Assembly: GCF_009914755.1 (NCBI RefSeq)
Contig: NC_060936.1
Strand: one strand, 5' to 3'
DNA: 64,000 nt
From: the human T2T-CHM13v2.0 reference genome, Homo sapiens
Shown: positions 57,535 to 64,000 of the stretch, one piece after another
Position numbering within the stretch: position 1 is the first letter of the stretch
How the letters are laid out: each line of letters starts with the position of its first letter
Notes under the pieces: generated by a model
Database searches by the model: none
What the model saw: only the letters and a program-made list of their open reading frames with translations
What the model was told of the DNA's origin: nothing
Made by a program: the position numbers and the translations under genes

Positions 57535-59249
57535 GTTAGGCCAATTCCCAGAATGACTAAAGAAAAATAACTTTTCCTATAAAAGGTGAGTAAATGGCCA
57601 AATGACCTAGACTAGCTCTGAAGGGTAAGCACTGAGTCCCAGGTTAAAGATTACATTCTAACCACACACCAGTCATACTCTGCTCCGGGAAAAACCTTAA
57701 GTACTTGTGACCTTCTGTCCCTAACTTAGATGTTGTTTACTTTCAGTTTACATACAGTGCAAACACCAGGGTGTACATGATTTTCAAGTCAAAAAAGATA
57801 AGGACTAATCCAGAAAGGAGAAGGAATTCTGTTTCATGCAGGCTCCTTGACAGCAGCAAGAGATAACAAAACCACAACACAGGAGGCTTTAGAAAAAAAC
57901 TAAATAAAAAGCCGTAATCTCAAAGAAGACTACAGCCAACAATAAATATTAATACTATAAAGTAAGGTCCTAAGGACTCCACAGTTACGGAGGAATAAGG
58001 GATCAGAAGTTCATATCCATTATTTGGAAGCATTAAGAAATGTTTAGATTATTTTCCATTACTCTGTATTTGAGGAGGAAGGGGAAAAGCTGTTTCAAAC
58101 CTGTATGCAGAGTGTAATTTCCCTGGGGGGAAAATGGGATTATGTATGAAAAAAGGCTGGAAAGATATACCCCTAATTGGTAACAGTGGTTGGGGAGGGG
58201 AGGAGATTATAGGCAATTTTTCTTTTTTGCCTGTTTATATTTTCTACAAGAAACATGACATATATCTACAGCAAAAACTGTGTAAAAAATCCTTGAATTT
58301 TCCTGCTAAAATTGGTCTATGTTTTGTACTAAGGTAGAGATCTCTACCACAAAACACCAGGTGGAGATAGGCCTGTTTAGTGCTTCTCATTGCCCCAGCC
58401 TTATAGGCCCTCATTTCCCCATAAAAAAAGGGATGGAGAAGGGTACTGAGAATCTCTATAAAAGGTAGCCACTTATAGGAGCGTTTTGCAAGAGTTTAGG
58501 GAGTCCACACAGTGGAGCTGGCTGGCTTAGTGTAATAAATAGGCTGCGGTAAGAGTCATTCTAGGCCACAGCACTCATGGGGGCATGATCTGCCTTAATT
58601 TTACCCATGGGGAATGACACAGCAAGGAGCTGGAAGGCTTAGACATGAAGACTGACCTCTGCAGACTGGTGTGAGGGAAATGGACGTGGCTCCCAGAAGC
58701 GGCTCTTCCCACTCTCAGGACCTGCCATCTGTGGCCTAAGACCAGAGACCCACAGCCAGGCAGAGGGTCTCCCAGCACAGGCCCAGTCAGTGCTCCGTCT
58801 GCAGCTCCTGTCTTGGTAGCACTGCCTTGCTGTGTGCCAACAACTTGGGAGTCCCTGTTTTAGAGAATCTGCCAAGCCCCAAGTTTGCCTTTGGGTTAAC
58901 CCCTAACTACGTATGGCCCATTTTAGGAGTTCCTTAGAGAGGTTTCTGTCTTGCGCAGGTGGTCAGGTGAGTGTGCACAAAGCTCTGTGATTAGACCCTG
59001 TGGTGACCACACCTGATGTGTGCTTGTCCAGAGGGGGCTCACTGCCATGGAGTCTGTAGCAGTGCCTGGCCATGAGCGTCAGAGGCCTCAGCAAAGGCCT
59101 TCCTGATCTTCCTCTGGGAACTCCAGATAGCCAAGGAGCAGCCCCATGCTCAGAAAGCCACAGAGCAGGACAGGAAACTTCAGAAGCTCGCCTTCCTCCA
59201 AGCTTGGCTTTTCATTCAATTGTAGACTCTGTTGGAGGCTCAGAAGAGG

Positions 59250-59573
59250 CATGGTAGATGCGCCTGACAGCAGTAACTTATGCATACCCCGAAAATGATC
59301 CTTATAGCAGACACACCTGACAGCAGTAACTCAAGAAATGAGGGTTGCCATGTGGAGGGTGCTAGGGGGAGGATGCTAAGTGAAGATGCTATACAATCTG
59401 CATCCTTTTTACAAGCAGTTGCAGCTCTGTCCAGCCTGCCACCACTGGGCCATTTCTGTGTGTAAGTTCCCCATAATAAAACCTTGTGCCTTGTTTGTTG
59501 GCTTTGGGTCTCTTCTTCAGGTTCTTGAACGTGGTGTCATCCCTACTGAAATCAATAGGGATCTAGCATGACA
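59250..59573 (+). mobile_element. ERVL LTR47-like solo LTR, internally deleted
   Basis: cctgacagcagtaact occurs twice; ggttgccatgtggagggtgctagggggagg; aataaa; ends ataggg...atgaca; flanked by gagg on both sides. Confidence 0.8.
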
Positions 59574-61379
59574 GAGGAACATGTGATGAAATAAGCTAAA
59601 AATAGGGGCAATACCGGTTAAGAAATAAAGAACACCTCATTGATGACCGAGAAGGGAGAGGCTGGCAGGGAAACCTGGAGGAGGCTGAAATGCCTTTGGA
59701 CCTGAAGAACTGTGCATGATTCAATCCTTCCTCTTATTGAAAGGAAAGAAACTATTTTTTTTTCCAAAGCACCTGCCAAGAAGCAGGTACTGTGTCTAAT
59801 TTCTCTTCAACAACCCAAGGAGGCAAGAAGAGTTTTTAAGTGATGGTCCCGAAGTCCCCAAGCAGGGACCGAGAAGCAGATTTACCTGGCTCCCAATATG
59901 TGCTACCTCCCAGATCAAGCAAATGGTCTTTTCAGGTCTGTGAATCCATCCAAGGTCATCTCTTGCCTGCCCACACTGGGCTGTTTGGGTGGAATCAGGC
60001 GGACCGGGGTTGAGTGCTGGCCTTTCCACTTGTCCCCTGTAACCCTGGACTGGCTGTTGAGCCCCTCCAAGCCTCGGCTCCCTCCCCTCTATAAACCATG
60101 GCCATCAACCGCACACCATGCTATGAAGATCATCAGTCAGGGCTGAGCACCAAATCCAGATAGGGTAAATGTGCATGAGTGGGAGCGGGCATCAGGAGCA
60201 GAGGTCCTGATTTCAGATCACCTGCTTTGCATGCAGCAGTTGCTTTTCAGCTGTGAGACTAATTGTTCACAACTTGACAAAGCAGGTCAAAGTACAACAC
60301 AAATTGCTACAACCTCTTGCCAGTCCTCGGCTCATTTCTTCCTCAGCTCTTCCTTACTTGATGGGTAATTAGAACACTTGTCAAATACAGAAAGTTGAAA
60401 TCACTAATGTGACTCTAAAACTTATTGCAGATCATTAAACATTTACTAGAGGTGCATAATGCAGAGATGTGGTAAATGACATTTCTTCACAGAAATTGTT
60501 GAGCTTAGAAATCTTCAATCGTTTCATTTTAGGGGTGAAGCAACCAAAATCTTGAGAGGCTAGTGGTTTGGCCAGACCTAAACCTGAGGGGTTCATTATT
60601 CCATTTGCTGAGCTTGCTACCACTCATGGTGGACTATTAATTCTCACCTCCACTCCTGGTTGCTTTTGAACATGTGGGGTGAGCTTTGAGAGAGCCGACG
60701 TCCTAAGATAGAGGAACACTCCTGATGCATTTTGTCTCCTCCAGCGAAGGTCAGGGTGCTTCTCAGTCCTGGATTCCTGCCTCGATCCAGCTGCTGCCTT
60801 TTCTTTGTCTGCACTGGTTTCTGCTCCATGCCGTGGGGACCATCCTGTCTCTCCTCTCCTTTGTAAGATCCAATAATACTGAAAATGTTGAACTCTGGTG
60901 AATTTCCGTCCAGACAATTGCCAGGGACAAAAATAGTGAAATGAGAACAAATGGGAGTGACCCAGAAGAGATGCACCCAGAGAGACCACAGACTCTGGAG
61001 TCAGGATGTGGAGGCACCGTCTAGGGACACCAATGTCCCCTGGCTTATGTCCTATATTGCCAGGAGGGGGATATTTGTGCTGGAAATCTAGGTATGCCCT
61101 AAATTAGTGAGTGGAGATCATGGCTGCAAATGCTAGACAGAGCCAAACCACCATCCTGAAGCAAATCTGTCTCAAATGTTGAGTAACAGCTATTCTGAAT
61201 AAAAACATTCTGTGCATATGGAAGGCTCAGCTTCCAAAGGATCTTGACATTTTTAACTATAAAAAGGTCTCAAATTAAATCCATGTGACCTTGAGTGTAA
61301 CAGGAACCCCAGGAACACCACACTTTTACCAATCAAATGAGAACTTCCAAGACCTTTCTTCCTCTCCCATTTTGTTTTT

Positions 61380-63080
61380 TTTTTCTTTCAGCGTTTACTC
61401 CTCGAGCACCTCCTACTTCGTGCCAGGCACTGTACTAGGCACTGGGCTCAGATGGGGAAGCAGAGAGGGCAGTTTCTGCTGCACAGAGCTCACAATATAG
61501 GGAGGAGCCATGATCCATCTGTGAAGGTGGGAGATGCCTCAGTCAGGGAGGTCCAGGAGGGTACAGTGAGGCTGAGGCTGAAAGGACTGGCACGGGGGGC
61601 CATGGAGAAGGATGGAGGGAGAGAAGTTCAGGTAGAAGCAACTGCATGTGTGAAGGCCGCATGGTGGCGGATGCTCGGCCTGTGTGAGGAGCTGGACAAA
61701 GCCATGCGTGCCGCTTAGTTAGGAAGAGGACAGGCTCAGGGGAGGCTCGAGGGATGGGCTGGGGCCAGTCAGAAGGACCTTGCAGGTCATCAAAAAAGTT
61801 CAGATGAGCTCAGTAGTCATCTCTGAAGGGCTTTGAGAGGAGGGTTTATCTTTTACAAAGGTTATCCCTGTTGTGTGTGGAAACTGGACTGGTATAGGAC
61901 AGAGCTGAGAGAGGGAACCAGGGTCTGTTGCTGAAGTTCAGTGAGGTGTGTGACAGTACATGACCAACAGCAGTGCAATGGTGAAAAAGAGAACTGATGT
62001 CCACGAGATGTCATCTGGAATCAGAACTGATGTGTGAGGATGGACTGGGAGCTGGGCACAGTGGGGTGGAGGCCATGTTTGCTAAATGCCTCTATGTGCT
62101 GGGCATAAGGAGAGTGTGTTTCCCTAAAAGAAGCCATCTCTGTCATTCATATGCCAGGTCCCTGTGCACCCACTGTTAATGATGTCCTCCCTGGACTGAC
62201 TGCACCTACTTGTCTTTAAAGAATGTGGAAAAGCCTGCAATGGTATCAACGCTGTCATGGTCTTTTCAAACAGCAATACTATACATAATCAATTTTTCAA
62301 CACCTAAGCAGAGTTGAGCCTGCTTCTAGAAGAGTTTTGAGAGAATACAAAGATAAGATTTGATTCCTGCCACAAACAAGCTCTGGCCTATTAGGGAAGA
62401 GAGAGAGACACCCAGTTACAGTGCAGTGTGAAAAGTGAAGCAAAAGAAATAGAGGGGAGACCCTTGGGCCCCCGGCACACAGAGAGGGATCAGTGAACAG
62501 GTGTCTGCCTGGGATGGGATGGAGGAGTCAGGGAAGACCTCAAGGAAGAAGTGATGCTGAAGCTGAATCTTCTAGAAGACATCCCAGGGCTGTTCTTGAC
62601 AGAGGAGGAGGGCAGCATGTTATCAAGACAAGGGAGATATGAGTACCTGGTCTGGCATTGCCAGAGCTCAGGGTATGAGGATGAGAAGTGACAGGTGAAG
62701 GTAGAAAGAGGCTAGAATCTGGACTTCAGTCTGAAGATACATCACTGAAGGGCTTTCAACAAGGAAGTGGTGTGGCCACCCCACATTGTAGTAATCTTGG
62801 GGACTGCCAGATGGGTGCCAATGCAGTGGCCAGCCGTGTAAGGGGCCCAGGTGAGGCTCCTATATGGAGTCTACAAAATATGCAGCTGGTGATTAACAGG
62901 GATTGATGACAGAAGGGGTGGGGAGGGGGAATGCAGGTCAGGGTAAATTATCCTAGGTTTTTGGTTTAAGTTTAGGCACTTAGTGGCCTAAGAAAACAGG
63001 AGAGAGGGCTCTATTGGGGAAAAGAAAACTATGCTAGTTCTGGGCATCTTAAGTGTGAGATTTGCAGGACATCTTATTTA
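61380..63080 (-). mobile_element. Two degenerate L2 fragments
   Basis: gagcacctcctacttcgtgccaggcactgtactaggcactggg followed by purine-rich L2 antisense body; second copy from about 62280. Confidence 0.6.
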
Positions 63081-64000
63081 TCCATACTTAACCTTTACCC
63101 TTGATTGAAAGGGTGATTACATAAACACACACAAAATAAAATAAAAATATATGTGGAAAATAAAACTAGAAAGATCACAGGAAGGTAGGAATTAAGTTAA
63201 TACAAAAAACATGTACTGTAAGGCCCTTGCGCTTATTAGAAGTGGGTCACAAATGCTTCCTAACAGGCAACACAGATACAAACCAGGATCAGTTTACACA
63301 ACTCAGGGCCCAAAATGAATTAAAAAAAGCCACAGAAACAAAAAAAAAATTACCCTGCTCTCAGTCCCCAGGCTTTTCCTAAATTGCATATGAGAGAAAA
63401 GTCCTCTGTGGTCCTGAAAAAAGAGGAGGCTGTGTGATAGAATGAGCAAGCTCTTCAGCAGGGTCCTTCAGTGAATGCCACAGCACATTTCACACAGCTG
63501 TTTCTTGCAATCTTCTCCAGTGGAGGCACATGGCATAAGCAAGCCATTCAGGAAACCATTGTGCAGGGCCACAAGTGTGAGCTTCAGGCTTTACCAGGGA
63601 TAGATTTGAGAATTTCTAGAAGGGTGCGAGGAATAGAAATCCTTCCTATATACTGTTTCTCTCAACAGACTCTTTCAGAAATACCAAAAGGCAGCAAGTT
63701 CATGGCCACCCTGCCCAATAAATACCTGAAAAGCAGTTACACCACCAGCCAAGCAACAAATAGGCTTGCTCAGTTGGTTAGGGCTGTGGGGGAAGCAGAA
63801 TGATCAAGTGTGAGGGAAGTTCAAGTCGAACCCTGCCACATGCCTCATGGTAAGCTCCTGACGCTCTGCAGAGAGGTGGGAGGCTGACAAGAGGGGAGAG
63901 ATGACTGGAGGAAGGTTGTCATGGGGCCTGGAGTGTGGGAGGGAAGTGCGGCTTGGGCTTCTATACTTGGGCAACATCGGGATGTGAGTGGATGCTGTAG

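Overview
Human (or great-ape) genomic DNA inside the minus-strand gene PPM1H, the PP2C-family phosphatase for LRRK2-phosphorylated Rab GTPases. Only two coding exons are present: 34285-34369 (85 bp, RAIIIRNGEIIPMSSEFTPETERQRLQYL) and 16944-17062 (119 bp, AFMQPHLLGNEFTHLEFPRRVQRKELGKKMLYRDFNMTG), both with canonical AG/GT sites. They are probably exons 5 and 6 (numbering from memory). The rest is intron. It holds a full-length GAPDH processed pseudogene with a 16-bp TSD, a truncated HERV-H provirus (LTR7B-leader-gag), a solo LTR7, six other ERV/MaLR LTRs, about 20 Alu-type elements, old MIR/L1/L2/L3 and DNA-transposon relics, and microsatellites. Almost all ORFs in the supplied track are spurious. 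I see no wholly new biological system. The best leads are: (i) a HERV-H that stops mid-gag yet keeps its 5-bp TSD and has a His/Phe hybrid PBS and an expanded 37-bp repeat; (ii) the 204-nt phase-symmetric exon pair, which allows in-frame co-skipping or a stop-free circRNA; (iii) all eight LTRs and the GAPDH retrocopy lying antisense to PPM1H, including an LTR7 with an intact TATA box. Repeat family names come from recalled consensus sequences, and old-repeat boundaries are approximate.
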